NCBI GenBank assembly: GCA_951406725.2
Contig: OX597816.1
Coordinates: forward strand, 111,724,001 to 111,788,000
DNA length: 64,000 nt
Direction: 5' to 3'
From: Octopus vulgaris
Taxonomy: Eukaryota
The notes under the pieces were generated by a model. That model was not told the origin of the DNA, ran no database searches, and was given only the letters and a program-made list of their open reading frames with translations. Below are positions 25,901 through 38,104 of this stretch, piece after piece. Position numbers and translations under genes: made by a program. Numbering within the stretch: the stretch's first letter is position 1; every line of letters starts with the position of its first letter.

Positions 25901-27587
25901 ATCATCTTTATATTTTCTCTTTCCAAAGTGAATAAAATAAATTATCAGGTATACTCTGGTGTTAAATCAATCCCCTACAACCTTCTCACTTCTTTTAAAA
26001 GTGCAAGAAATCAATATCTGGACTTGCTGGAACAAATATCATAAGGGATTTTGTTTTAAACTCCTACAATTGGACATAAATAGATTTGATGGAATGGGTA
26101 ACACTAATTGGATATCATGCTAGTGACTAGTGAACACATATGCATACATGTGCATATACACATATATATTTATTCATTTATTCATGCATGTATATCAGTG
26201 TATAAAAACAGTTATATAATAGCACAAATTCTTGCATTTATAGCTACCAGTTGTGCATTACCTTAGATGGAAATATATGATAAATATTCCTCGTTTATGT
26301 ATTATTACATAAAACTTTCTCAAACTTGTCCCACTCTCAAACATCAAAGCTATGTCTGCCTCTTACCTGAAGACAGAAACTTGAACAAATGGTTGGACAG
26401 TTAAAGAAAGTCTGTGCTCTTATGAAATTTGTAAAAAAAAAATGTAGTTTAATATTATCAGTTTCAAGGAGAAAACTTGTGCTATAGGTGTCTACATCTC
26501 TTTCTTTGATCTCCAACACTTCAAATATGAGATTTGTGAATAGTTTATAGCTCAAAGATTCATTTAACCAAAACCAACTCTTGAAATAAATTAAGTTACT
26601 ACATATTTGTGTTATCTATAAAATCAAATGGAAGTGTGTCAATGATTGGTGAACTGAAAACAAAGATCCAAATTCAGAGAATTTACTCTCATACTTCTCA
26701 AAGAATTCACTTAAAATATAACTCCACTGATATTATAACACGAAAAGTCTTCATGAGATTATATTTACATCTATTTTGAAGAACTTTGGTGAAGATGCTC
26801 ATGAATTCCATAAAATGTTAATACTCAGAGATACAAATTGAGATTTCTTCCTCATGTACTTAAATATTGGGCAAATTAGCTCCTCTTCATGCACAACAAA
26901 TTGGGCAAATCTGCTTGATGGAGCCCATCTAATTTAAAGCTACACCTATAAAAGAATTTCAATACAGAAAACTCACCAAAATCTCCAGTGCTTACAACAA
27001 TAAGCTATACAATGACCAGGGTAGATTTAGCACTTATGGGATTCAGGGCACTTCAGTTTTTGTGGGCCTCTTTTACACAAAAATTAAAATTCACAGAAAA
27101 CCACCAAAATTTATACATCAAATTTCATTTATTGCATGTAACTATTAAGTTAGACATGGCCTGGACCAATCTTTGGTTGAAACATATCTAAGTCATCTAA
27201 CTGGAATTTACAAATTATACAGACAATGGTTAAATGCAAAAATAAATAAAATCACTTAAGAACTAACCAGTTAAGCATAAATGTTAGATGGAAATATACA
27301 TAGATATTTTATTGACATATTAATGGTAAATGCTAAAACTGACAAGTAAGGACAAAGCTGCTGGAGAGTTTTTGACAAAAGCTTAGACCAAAGTGTATCA
27401 AATCATGTAAACCATAATAGAATATTTTCTTAAATTTATCAAAGGAGTTGTGGGGTAAAATGTTTGCTTCCTAACCACATAGTTCTGGTTTCAGTCTCAC
27501 TGCATGGCAACTTGAGCATATATCTTTTACTTGGGCCTGCCAAGCCTTTTGAATGGATTTGGTAGACAGCAACAGAAGGAAGTCCAT

Positions 27588-27589
<2 letters not shown>

Positions 27590-27623
<34 letters not shown>

Positions 27624-27725
27624 GAAATGAGGTAATCAGAAGATCGGATGGTTTGTATTTACAGATATTTATTTATATATTACATTTTTTATATATGTAT
27701 CATATCACTTAGATCATTAGCGCTT

Positions 27726-27769
<44 letters not shown>

Positions 27770-28285
27770 GTGCATATATATATTCTGTTATGTCTGGGGA
27801 GAGTCATTTTCTTTTTGTGCCTTATAATATAACACACTCACCAGTAAAATTTCTACTTCTCTTTTCTTATTTTTATTTTCCTAAAATTTTCGTTGCGTCT
27901 TGCACCCTTTTCAATAGTCTTGACTCTATCCGTTATTTACACTGCGTTCCCTTTTGTTTGTTTGTGTGCATGTGTGTGGGTCAGTGTGTGTGTGTGCCTA
28001 TACATGCATGCATGTACGTATGTATGTGTATGTTTGCATGCGTATGTATGTATTTATGTGTGTGTATGCATATGTATATATGTATGTATGTGTGTGCATC
28101 TGTATGTATGTATCCTGCATATTTATGCACTTGCATGTCTGTGTCTGTGTGTTTTCTATGTATGTGTGTGTGTGAGAGCATGTGTTTGTATATGTATGCA
28201 CCTCTGTCTCCTTGTGTGTGCATGTCTCTGTGTGTGTGTGCGTGTGTTATGCAACTATGTACCATGTTTGTATGTATGGATGTGC
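27590..28285. repeat. (TA)n and mixed (TG)/(TATG) low-complexity tract with small repeat fragments
   Basis: Direct reading. It explains the CVCV/MYVC ORFs. Confidence 0.9.
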
Positions 28286-28514
28286 ATCATCCACACATAG
28301 AACCACTTAGTTAATGTAGCATAATAATGCAAAATCTCATGGGTTATCACAGATCCTCCAACCACCTGAGCAAGACACATAATACTGTCCTTCTATTTAG
28401 TTGTTGATTTAGCTCTAAGCCAACACTGTTCAAGGAGACCTGTAATCAAAGATATTTCAGCTGTGAACCTGCCCTATTTTTAGAATTAACTGGATCAATA
28501 CAATATCTGATGAA

Positions 28515-28700
28515 ATGCCATATATATAGTATTTCTTTTTGCTCTTTACATTCTGAGTTCGAATTCCACTGCAATTCACTTTGCCTTTCATCTTTCTGGG
28601 GTTTATAAAATGCTCTACTACACAAGTACTGGGTTTGAATGAATTAACTATTTTCCTCCAACAAATATAAGCCCTTCTGCCTATGTTAAAAACAATTATT
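28515..28700 (+). mobile_element. SINE family A, decayed
   Basis: ttctgagttcgaattccac...ctttgcctttcatctttctggggtttataaaat. Confidence 0.7.
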
Positions 28701-29489
28701 ATTACATTACCCAATATGGATCTTTTTTTCCCCCTAAAGACTGTATATTATAAGTTGAGAGAGATCCAGTAGATATTTCCTCACTCATTTTATCTGCTTG
28801 ACTGACAGAAAGATTCTATTCCTAATTCATGGTTAAGTGGTCATCAACAGGAAGGGTATCCAGCTGTAAAAATAATTGCTTGAATGAATAGATACATCTT
28901 ACCTATGCAAGCATGGAAGAGTGAATACAGAAGGGAATGAAACAGGGAAAAAAAAAGGCATGCTTCAATATGACCTTCTCTTTGTTTACTTAGTTGAATA
29001 CTATAAATTCTTGTTCCTCATTCTTATTCATGACATGCATTACTTTGAGCAGATATTTTACAGTTGAATATTTCCCTTAGATATTCAAACGTATGATTTA
29101 GTGTGGTATGCACACCCTACAGGGAGAAATGAAGCCAGTTTGTGTAATGTACCAAGATTTGAAGGTGAAGGCTGCTATAGCTGGCTCAGATCTATCATTA
29201 AAAAAAACATTAATAAACAAGTTCTCTTAACATTTACTGAAGAATATTGACAAATATATATAACAGGAGTGTTCTGTTTATTAATAAAATTTATTTATAT
29301 ATCCTTGTAGCTATGCTTCCCTCTTACTGTCTTTCAATCTCTTTCTTGAAGATGGCTTTGCTGGCTAAAGTTTCAATGTCATTATTCTTGTTAAAGAACA
29401 ATATATTTGTACACTGAAAATCTATGCAGTAACTCTTAAGATTAATTTTAAATTATTTATTATATCTGAACATTAATATATATATATAT

Positions 29490-29830
29490 CTGAGACCACC
29501 TTCGGTCACGACACAGACCATGGGATTGCACCTAGAAAGTTACCTTCCCAGGCACAAGTCCGGGTAAGGTTGTTTATGGAAGACCAGCAGTCGTTCATGC
29601 ATACCAGCCTCCCCTCTCCACGCCACTAGTGTTATCCAAGGGAAAGGCAACAGCAGATACAGCTTAGCACCTGTGACCTCGCACCTCAATTCCACAGCTG
29701 AGTGAACTGGAGTAACGTGAAATAAAGTGTCTTGCTCAAGAACACAACATGCAGCCCAGTTTGGGATTCAAGCTCACATCCCTACGATCATAAGCTTGAT
29801 GCTCTAACCACTGAGCCATGCGCCTTCACA
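29490..29830 (-). mobile_element. Full-length SINE family C in (TA)n
   Basis: Reverse complement of 37659-38002, with head gaaggcgcatggctcagtggttagagc. Confidence 0.9.
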
Positions 29831-30147
29831 ATATATATATATGCACAACATTAAGGATTCAGGAGAGAATCAGGTACTTAAATAGTAGGCATGAGGTTGG
29901 GTTGAATTAAATTGTAACCACCCACTTTAGTCAAATAAATGTACTGGGTACTGAAGTACATCCAGTGAAATATTCAGGTTATGCATACAGAGAATTTAAC
30001 CCTTACTAGTATTTAATGCCTAGGAGCTGGTCCAAAGCACATGTTGTATTGGTTGCACGGTGCTTGGTATACTTCAGGATGTGTGATGGGTCAGGAATCA
30101 CTTTTGGTGTCCATGGATTATTCTCCTGTTGTTTGAAATTCTATGTA

Positions 30148-30228
30148 TCATCTAATGAAAATGGTTCTTAGCTATGATGTAATGTTCTCATCCACCTATT
30201 AAAAATGCATTAGAAACAGCTGTAATGA
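30148..30228 (+). ncRNA. Type I HHR, core mutated (CUAAUGA)
   Basis: UCAU-CUAAUGA-[long stem II]-GAAA-CAGCUG-UA^AUGA. Same family as the 45477-45560 copy, sharing loop and downstream sequence. Confidence 0.7.
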
Positions 30229-30506
30229 ACTGACATTCATCCATCGTTTGTTATTTATTTATTTGCTTATATATATATATAACATAGCCATGAAACACGT
30301 GTCGTTATTCTACCAATTATATACGTTTTTATTATTTTTTTGCAATTTACTTAATCATTGAAATTTTATTGTTATTTTACTTTTAATATTTCTATTATAT
30401 GTAATTTTCTAGATGGTGTAATTTAATTATTCATTTTGAATTGATAAAAGGTGTTTTTTTTCTAATTTTATATATATATATATATGTATGTATGTATGTA
30501 TGTATA

Positions 30507-30720
30507 AAGGTGGTGAGCTGGCAGAATCATTATCACACTAGACAAAATGCTTTGTAACTTTTCTTCCAGCTTTATGTTCTGAGTTCAAATGACACTGAGA
30601 TTGACTTTGCCTTTCGTTCTTTTGGGTCGATAAAATAAATACCAGTTGAATACTGGAGTCGTTATGATTGACTTATTTCCTCCCCTCAATTTACTGGCCT
30701 TTTTACAAAATTTGTAATCA
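30507..30720 (+). mobile_element. SINE family A
   Basis: aaggtggtgagctggcagaatc...gagttcaaat...gactttgcctttcgttcttttgggtcgataaaataa. Confidence 0.85.
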
Positions 30721-30736
30721 ATATATATATATATGT

Positions 30737-30897
30737 AGGAGTAGTTGTGTGGTAAGTTGCTTGCTTCCCAACCACATGGTTCCAAGTTCAGTCCCATTAC
30801 ATGGTACACCTTAGGCAAGTGTCTTCTACTATAGCCTCAGGCCAACCAAAGCCTTGTGAGTGGATTTGGTAGACAGAAACTGAAAGAAGCCCGTTGT
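30737..30897 (+). mobile_element. SINE family B (head and body) ending in (TA)n
   Basis: ggagtagttgtgtggtaag...ggttccaagttcagtccc...ggcaagtgtcttctactatagcc...gaaactgaaagaagccc. Confidence 0.85.
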
Positions 30898-31054
30898 ATA
30901 TATATATATATATATATATTTGTGTCATTGTGAGGATATAAATACCTCTCAGAGGAATGTTAGCATCCAAGTTTCCCTGCTCTATCTCCAGTGTATCAGT
31001 GAAATACTAAAAAGATGTTAGCTTCTCGTTGATGCAAATGAGTATACTATCATT

Positions 31055-31707
31055 TATGTATAAGAAAAGAAAATAGAGAAATCAAAAGATAGACATCAAT
31101 TTATTAACAGAAATCCAATTTCAACCAACATCAATTTTTTTATAACCTACAATTATTTCCATGTTCAATTAATTCAAATATCAAATAATTGAATCAAATT
31201 AAATTAAAGATGTAATTTGAACACAGTGAATTGAACATTCCATCAGGGTTAGAAATTCACTGAAAAAAGAAATCATATCTCAATGGATCGAGTGATCATT
31301 GCCAGAGTCAGCATTAAATTCAGATGTGTGTGTTGTGTATATTAATGAATTTAATGCTGAGTCTGGCAATGATCACTCAATCTGTTGAGATATGATTTCT
31401 GTTTTTCAATCAATTTCTAACCATGACAAAATATTCAATTCACTGTATTCCAATTACATCCTTAATTTAATTCAATTATTTGATATTTGAATTAATTGAA
31501 CATGGAAATGATTGTACAGCTCTATATTTAAGAGATGAGGAATTATGCACATTATTTAGATTACTTACATTATTTACATTTGATGGTCCTCATCTTGTTT
31601 GTTGTTAACACAACGTTTCAGCTGATATACCCTCCAGCCTTCATCAGCTGACATGGGGAAATTTCAAACATGGGTTCTCATTCCTAAGGTATTTTTCGAT
31701 GTGGTTG

Positions 31708-31739
<32 letters not shown>

Positions 31740-31919
31740 CAGGTCACTTCCTGAAATTGAACTCGAAATCTTGGGGTTAGAAGCCTGCACTCTTAACCAC
31801 TTCACCATATGTCCATGGGCATATTGTAGGTTATAAAAATTGATGTTGCTTGAGATTGGATTTCTGTTAATAAATTGATGCCTATGTGTTGATTTCTCCA
31901 TTTTCTTTTCTTATACATA
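31055..31919. mobile_element. Foldback / palindromic MITE (about 270-bp arms, 23-nt spacer), right arm interrupted
   Basis: 31055-31322 is the reverse complement of 31346-31516 plus 31823-31919, with moderate divergence. Confidence 0.85.
31517..31822 (-). mobile_element. tRNA-headed SINE with HHR-like 3' region, 6-bp TSD attgta
   Basis: Minus strand has A box tggtgaagtggtt, B box gagttcaatttc, an (AAT)n linker, then CTGATGA-aGGCTG...CAGCT-GAAACGTT. TSD at 31511-31516 and 31823-31828. Confidence 0.8.
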
Positions 31920-32284
31920 GAAAAGAAGATAGGGTGTAATCTAAGGGAGAATCAACTATATCTGTTTACAGTTACAAGTAAATTCTTTTCTTGGTTATGG
32001 AGACTTTTCCAAATTTTTCGGTATCTAATTATTTCACGAGAAATAAAAGCACTAAAAGAGTATGATGAAAAAATATTCTGTCAGCTTCTAGCTACTTTCT
32101 TGTTTTATTCTTTTATCAATATGTATGTTTCAGCATGTGGAATACAGTAAAATGATTGCTGAGCATAAGGGTTTGAAAAGTAGATCTAAAAGGTGACTCA
32201 AACATTGTGATGTGGATTGCCATCCTATAACTATTGGCTTTGATTTGAGGCCACTTGATTTTAATATTTCTATGTACTAAACAG

Positions 32285-32470
32285 TGAGGTTACAGAATGG
32301 TTATCATACTAGCATTTCATCTGTCTCAATGTGTTGAGACAGGTGAGGTCGACTTTGCCTTTCATCCTTTTGGGGTCGATAAAATAAGTACCAATTGAGC
32401 ATACTGGTGTTAATTGTAATGGACTTATTCCCTACCTCGAAATCGCTGGCCTCATAACTAAATTTGAAAT
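32285..32470 (+). mobile_element. SINE family A
   Basis: gaggtcgactttgcctttcatccttttggggtcgataaaataagtacca. Confidence 0.8.
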
Positions 32471-32514
32471 AAATATTTCTATGTACTGGTGATATATTTC
32501 TATGCATTGAACCA

Positions 32515-33100
32515 TTATGGATCTGAGGTAATCCATAGAAGTTACTATCCCTAATTCTGAAATTGCATAAATAGTTGATATTTTTAACTATGAAGGAGTC
32601 TGAGTATTGGTTAATTAATGCTCTGATTTTGTTTACAATTGTTTTCACTGAATTTTTTGTTTCTGCTTTATAGAAGATTTCAGCCATTAGTTATTCTAAT
32701 ATTTTATCTTTATAACAGTTTCTGTCCATAACTACTACCCAACCCTTGTTGGCTTCTTTAAGCATAATTGTGCAGTCATTCTTCAGTGTTATGAAAATTT
32801 TGTTTATATTTGTGAGAGCTGAGCGGGAATTTGTATCTTATCAATATATCTATCTATATGCTTGTTACTCTCTCTCTAAGGAATGAATCTGAATTTATTT
32901 CTGACAGTTTAATTATCATATTCATTCCTACAGCCAAAAAGTTCTGTAAGATGGAGGCAGCGACTACAATTTTCAATTTCTACTTTTAGTTCAACAAGGT
33001 TTGAAGTAGGTATAGAAGTGTGAAACCTCTCAGAAGAAGATCATCATTATTTTTGGTGAGGATAAACTTGGTAAATTTATGATATTAGGGTCTGTATGTT
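32515..33100 (-). pseudogene. Penelope-like RT N-terminal fragment
   Basis: Minus strand gives ...KEANKG.VVVMDRNCYKDKILE and SNFYGLPQIH, corresponding to the PLE motifs ADKG and FYGLPKIHK. Stops and frameshifts are present. Confidence 0.7.
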
Positions 33101-34865
33101 CTGTGAATTTATTTAAGCTCTTTGTTTCACCAGGTCTGGGACTCAGTAATGGCACGTTTTCCTTACAAAAACCCAAATGCATTTTACTCTGTGTACTAAT
33201 GATTCTGTCAGCTTACTGCCTTAGAGATTTGTAATATTCTCTCTTGTTTCTGGGGGCTTTGTTGTTTTTGCATGTAGGGATATACTCCATGTTCTATATT
33301 TGTATCAAGTTTTGTGTAGTGTCTGTTCCTTCACTGTCCTTTTTTAATGCCTGTTAGTCTATCAGGGATGGACTTTTGAATGGCACTCCCACATGAGTTG
33401 GAATTTTCCATTTTTATGTGGCTTTTCCCAAGTTTTTTAGTATCTCACATTTCAAAACAATTAGTGAAGTTTCAAAAAATATATCTATCTTCTTCAAACG
33501 TCTTTCCTTCCCTCACCACCCCATATTGCCTTCGTAACACCAGCCTCTAGCAGTTGGAAGAAAGGGAAAAAAATCAATTTTGTCATTTCATTGTGTTCTA
33601 AAGGCTGAAACACTTGTAACATGCATTTTTTATTTAATTCTTAACTTCTCCTCTCCTTTTATTGTACAGATCACGATTCAGTTGAATTTTTTGTTACTTT
33701 TCGTGTTTTTCTTTAATTTTTTTTTATTACACATTTGTCATTCTGTGAAATATTTTTTCCATTTTCTTAACAAATAGTTAAGAAACCATATTTACTACGT
33801 GTTTTTTAATTTTTTTTCACTCTAAAATTGCATAATTTTTCCAGTTTGTATAGAAAAATAATTCTTTAAAACAAAGATTAAACAAAGAGCAAAACAAGAA
33901 TTTATTAAGACTTTTTTGATTCCAGTATTTGCGTTAAAGGTAAACTTGAAAGACTTTTCCCCATTGAGATGTTTCAACTCAGGGACAAGAAAGTAATGAC
34001 ATCCTTCCCACAAGGAAAGAAATATCCACTTAAAAAATGTATAAACACAAAGAAATGGAAATCAACATTATTGCCAACACATTAAATTTTACAAAGCATT
34101 TTTATGTTTCCCACACAAGTCAACAATCATGGATTAATCATCCTTCACTTCAAACAAATAAGATACTAGCAATTAGCTGCTACACTTTAGTCCAGAATAT
34201 CTTTTATTTTTTACTTGTTTCAGTCATTAGACTGGCCATGATTGGGCACCACTTTGAAGAATTTTAGTTGAACGAATCAACCCCAGGATTTATTTTTTTA
34301 AAGCCTGGTACATCTATCGGCCAAATATCTTTAACTGAAGCAACATATAGTGGGACAAAAAATTTCTTGCTCTCTCCTCTTCGTCATAGCAACAGGTGGT
34401 TGCTGCATTATTTCTAACAAAAATATTTTGTCTTGTGAGAGAGATGAAGAAATGGTATGTAAAATTAAATTTGATGGTAATTATGTCAACGTAAACACTT
34501 GTAAAATCAAGTACATCTTAATTCTTTCTTTGTTTTTAATTCTTTTAACTGTTGTGGAGTAAAGGAATTTTTTTTACAAAATGGCAAAAGTGTGAAGAAA
34601 AAATAAATGAAAGTAAAGGAAAATAAAAGCAAAATATATCACTTTAATCGTGAAATGTATCACGAAGTGGAAAGGGTAGTATTTTTTCTAAATGCACATT
34701 ACAAGTGCTTCAGCGTGTGGAATACAATAAAATTATGAAAAATATCTGAAAAGTAAAAAAAATTCAAGTTGTAACTGCTGTTCCAGGGGCGGAATGAGAG
34801 GTGAAACTGTTGAAAACAGGTTAAAAGACATTTTTTAAGTCTTCCTTCCATTGTTTTGAAATGTT

Positions 34866-35084
34866 GATTTCAAATTTTTGGCATAAGGCCAGCAATTTCG
34901 GGGTGGGAGGATTGTCAATTACATCGACTCCAGTACTCAACTGGTGCTTATTTTATCGACCCCGAAGGATTAAAGGCAAATTCGACCTCGGTTGTATTTG
35001 AACTCAGAATGTAAAGAGGGATCAAATGCCGTGAAGCATTTTGCCTGGTAAGCTAACGGTTCTGCCAGCTTGACATTTTAGTTT
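34866..35084 (-). mobile_element. Full-length SINE family A with 12-bp TSD
   Basis: TSD ttttgaaatgtt at 34854-34865 and 35085-35096. Confidence 0.9.
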
Positions 35085-36114
35085 TTTTGAAATGTTAGAT
35101 ACTGAAAAATTTGGAAAAGTCTCCATAAAATTAAGAAATTCAGACTTATGTCCACTGATCTTCGATGTTTGGCATACATAGTTAATTGTAAACTGTGGGT
35201 TTCTGAATATTCTTTGACTCCTATTTGTATCGTGATTCTTATTTTGAATGTTTTTTCCTCGTCTTTTCCTTCATATGTTTATCCACCCAGGGTATTTGAT
35301 ATTATGAGTTGATGTTTATTTTCCATATTTTGATAAGTCTTTTTTCGTGGAAATGCTACATTTTAGAAATGTAGGTTTTCAGTTTGTGTTTGAAGTATCC
35401 TTGAGGTCGTTACTACGTATCTTTTTGGGTATTTGGAAAACTGGCATCTTTCTCTGGTTTTCATGAGATATTTTCATGTCTTTATTTGATTTATCTGCTT
35501 CTTTCCATTGTTGTGTTTCCATTATGGATTTTTTTCACATAGATTTCCTCGCAGTTATTAAACTACTTTTGGTGCATCTCTCATATTTTCATGAATTTTT
35601 TCCCCTCTTCTCATTTGGCATCTTCTTTCCATAACTGTTGCAGTATTTCTTAAATTTGACTGTCACTTGGTTCGAAAATTTCAGCAAACAAAACCGAGTC
35701 TATTGTTTAAAACTTTTCTTCCTATCATACTTTTCCCGATTTAAGAGGTATTCCTGTGTCTAGATAGTATAACGCTAAATTTGCACGTATCACTGTCTCT
35801 TTCGAGTTTTTATCTTTTATTTCTCTAATGAGACATTTTCTGGTTAGAATTGGATTTTCATTGTTTCATCAACTTTGTTAGATATGGCAATGTTATCACA
35901 TCGATTGCTTTTCCAATATGCACGTTTCCTTCATCCTGGAGTTTTTTTTCAATGTTGTGATATGATTAATATTTGTTTTTAGGTTTCTTTTTACATCTTG
36001 TTAATTTTTCTCTGAGCTGGAAGGGTCTTTTGTTTGTATTCGTCGGTTGTTATCTTTAGAATATTTTTAAAGAGAAATCATAGTATATTCATTTCATTTA
36101 CAACTTTACGTTTA

Positions 36115-37020
36115 TTTGAGAATATTGTATCTCAAATCCATAAGCCATTGATCCCCAACTGCAGACAAGATGACATAGATTTCTCAAAATACATCCCAAC
36201 GACTGTCCCAGATGTAACTATTCTAATGAGCTTTGACATTAATAACATCTTCACTAACATACCACACATTTTAAGCATAGAAGTAATCGGATACTGGGTT
36301 GATAAACAGAGAAATGATAAATTAATGGTTCAAAGCAGATTTATTACCAATGATATACACTAAATACTGAAAAGAACACCTTCAGCTTTGACATAAAACA
36401 AATAGATAGATAAAGGGAACAGCTATGATCACAAAAGTAGCACTCTCATAAGCTAGGATGGTGATGGGTTACCGAGAAGAAAAAAGAATGTTATTGAAAA
36501 GTGGAAATGTTTCCTTAGTGACTGCTTTATATGCAGGAACCAATCAAATGAAGAATTTCAAGCATTTTATATTCTGAACACCTTTCGGCCATCTATTAAA
36601 TTCACAGGAGAAACCATACAGCCACATAGAAGAATGTAATTCCAAAGTAATGACTAACATGTTTTACAAAAATAAATATATAATAAAATAACGTTTGGAA
36701 ATTGGATCCAATATAAATTTAAAAACCGATAATTGTTTTCAAATAAATGCAAACATGAACTGCAAAACAAGAAATCTATTACATTGCATAACCTGTCACA
36801 CCTGTAAAGACTTTACACCGGTTATATTAGAAGCTGCCCTTGTGAACAAGGAAGAACACATAAGCAGCAGACAAGTCAACAAGGATTACAGAGGATCTCA
36901 TTGAGCATGCAAACTCAAGATTTTCCCATTCTATAAATACCCAAGAGAAGATTCAAAATATCAGGAAGAAATGGAAAAACGATTTATCAAAGCATTTACA
37001 CTGAAATTAAATGCATAAAA
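36115..37020 (+). pseudogene. Penelope-like RT plus GIY-YIG remnant
   Basis: Motifs LMSFDINNIFTNIPH, IKGTAMITKVA, KWKCFLSDCFI, RPSIKFT and CKTRNLLHCITCHTC (start of a Cys-containing GIY-YIG). Frameshifted and internally deleted. Confidence 0.8.
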
Positions 37021-37658
37021 TCTCTCTTTATAGATACATGGAAAATTTTATAAAAGAATGACTTTTCGAGATACACCATATCAAGTTACTAATAGATGTT
37101 AATGGTGATGTCATTACAAAAAAGAATACTGAAAAATACTTAAACAATCATCACACAAGTGTTTGTTAAAACAAATGCATACACATACAAGTGTATATAA
37201 AAACCCATTCACATATCTTGAACAAAAACCAGTCAAATGTTTAATGACTTGCACAGATTATTGAAATTGATAAACAGTTAAACTTTACTGGACTAACTCG
37301 TCATCAAAACAAACATCCCAGAAATCTTTTCAGCTTACAATTCTTTATATATAGTGTAACTAATAAACAGGTGGCCCTTTTGGACAAAGAAATCATCCAA
37401 ATCTCTTCAAAAAGTAACCCTACCTGAAAGTCACTTGTCCCTTGTTTAAATATTCACCAAATACACACACACACACATACACACATTCTTATAGATTCAA
37501 AACAACAAAAGATGGTAGGCCTAACTTCTTAGGAGAGCACTCCTAAAACCCATTAATTCTTTGTGCAATGGTCCAGACTCAAATTCATTATGAATATTCA
37601 AATTTCTGTCATTTTCCAACAAACAGATAACATCACTCATGCATATATATATATATAT

Positions 37659-38002
37659 GAAGGCGCATGGCTCAGTGGTTAGAGCGTCGAGGTTACGATC
37701 GTGAGGTTGTGAGCTCGAATCCCGGACCGGGCTGCGTGTTGTGTTCTCATGCAAGGCACTTTATTTCACGTTGCTCCAGTTCACTCAGCTGTAGAAATGA
37801 GTTGCGACGTCACTGGTGCCAAGCTGTATCGACCTTTGTCTCTCCCTTGGATAACACTGGTGGCGTGGAGAGGGGAGGCTGGTATGCATGGGCGACTGCT
37901 GGCCTTCCATAAAAACAACCTTGCCCAGACTTGTGTCTAGGAGGGTAACTTTCTAGGTGCAATCCCATGGTCATTCATGACCGAAGGGGGTCTTTACCCT
38001 TT
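37659..38002 (+). mobile_element. Full-length SINE family C (tRNA head, CORE-like middle), well preserved
   Basis: A box tggctcagtggtt, B box gagctcgaatccc, core gcaaggcactttatttcacgttgctccagttcactcagctgtagaaatgag. Flanked by (TA)n. Confidence 0.9.
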
Positions 38003-38104
38003 TATATATATATACACATACATACATACGTACATACATACGTACATACATACACACGTACATACATATATTGATAGAAATAGTAAGACAACAAAAGAAT
38101 GAAT

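Noticed and set aside
27760-28314. 184-aa Cys/Val/Met-rich ORF and overlapping ORFs
   Set aside because: These are translations of (TG)/(TATG) microsatellite, open in several frames on both strands.
37659-37735. tRNA-like sequences with A/B boxes
   Set aside because: They are SINE heads that continue into repeat bodies, not tRNA genes.
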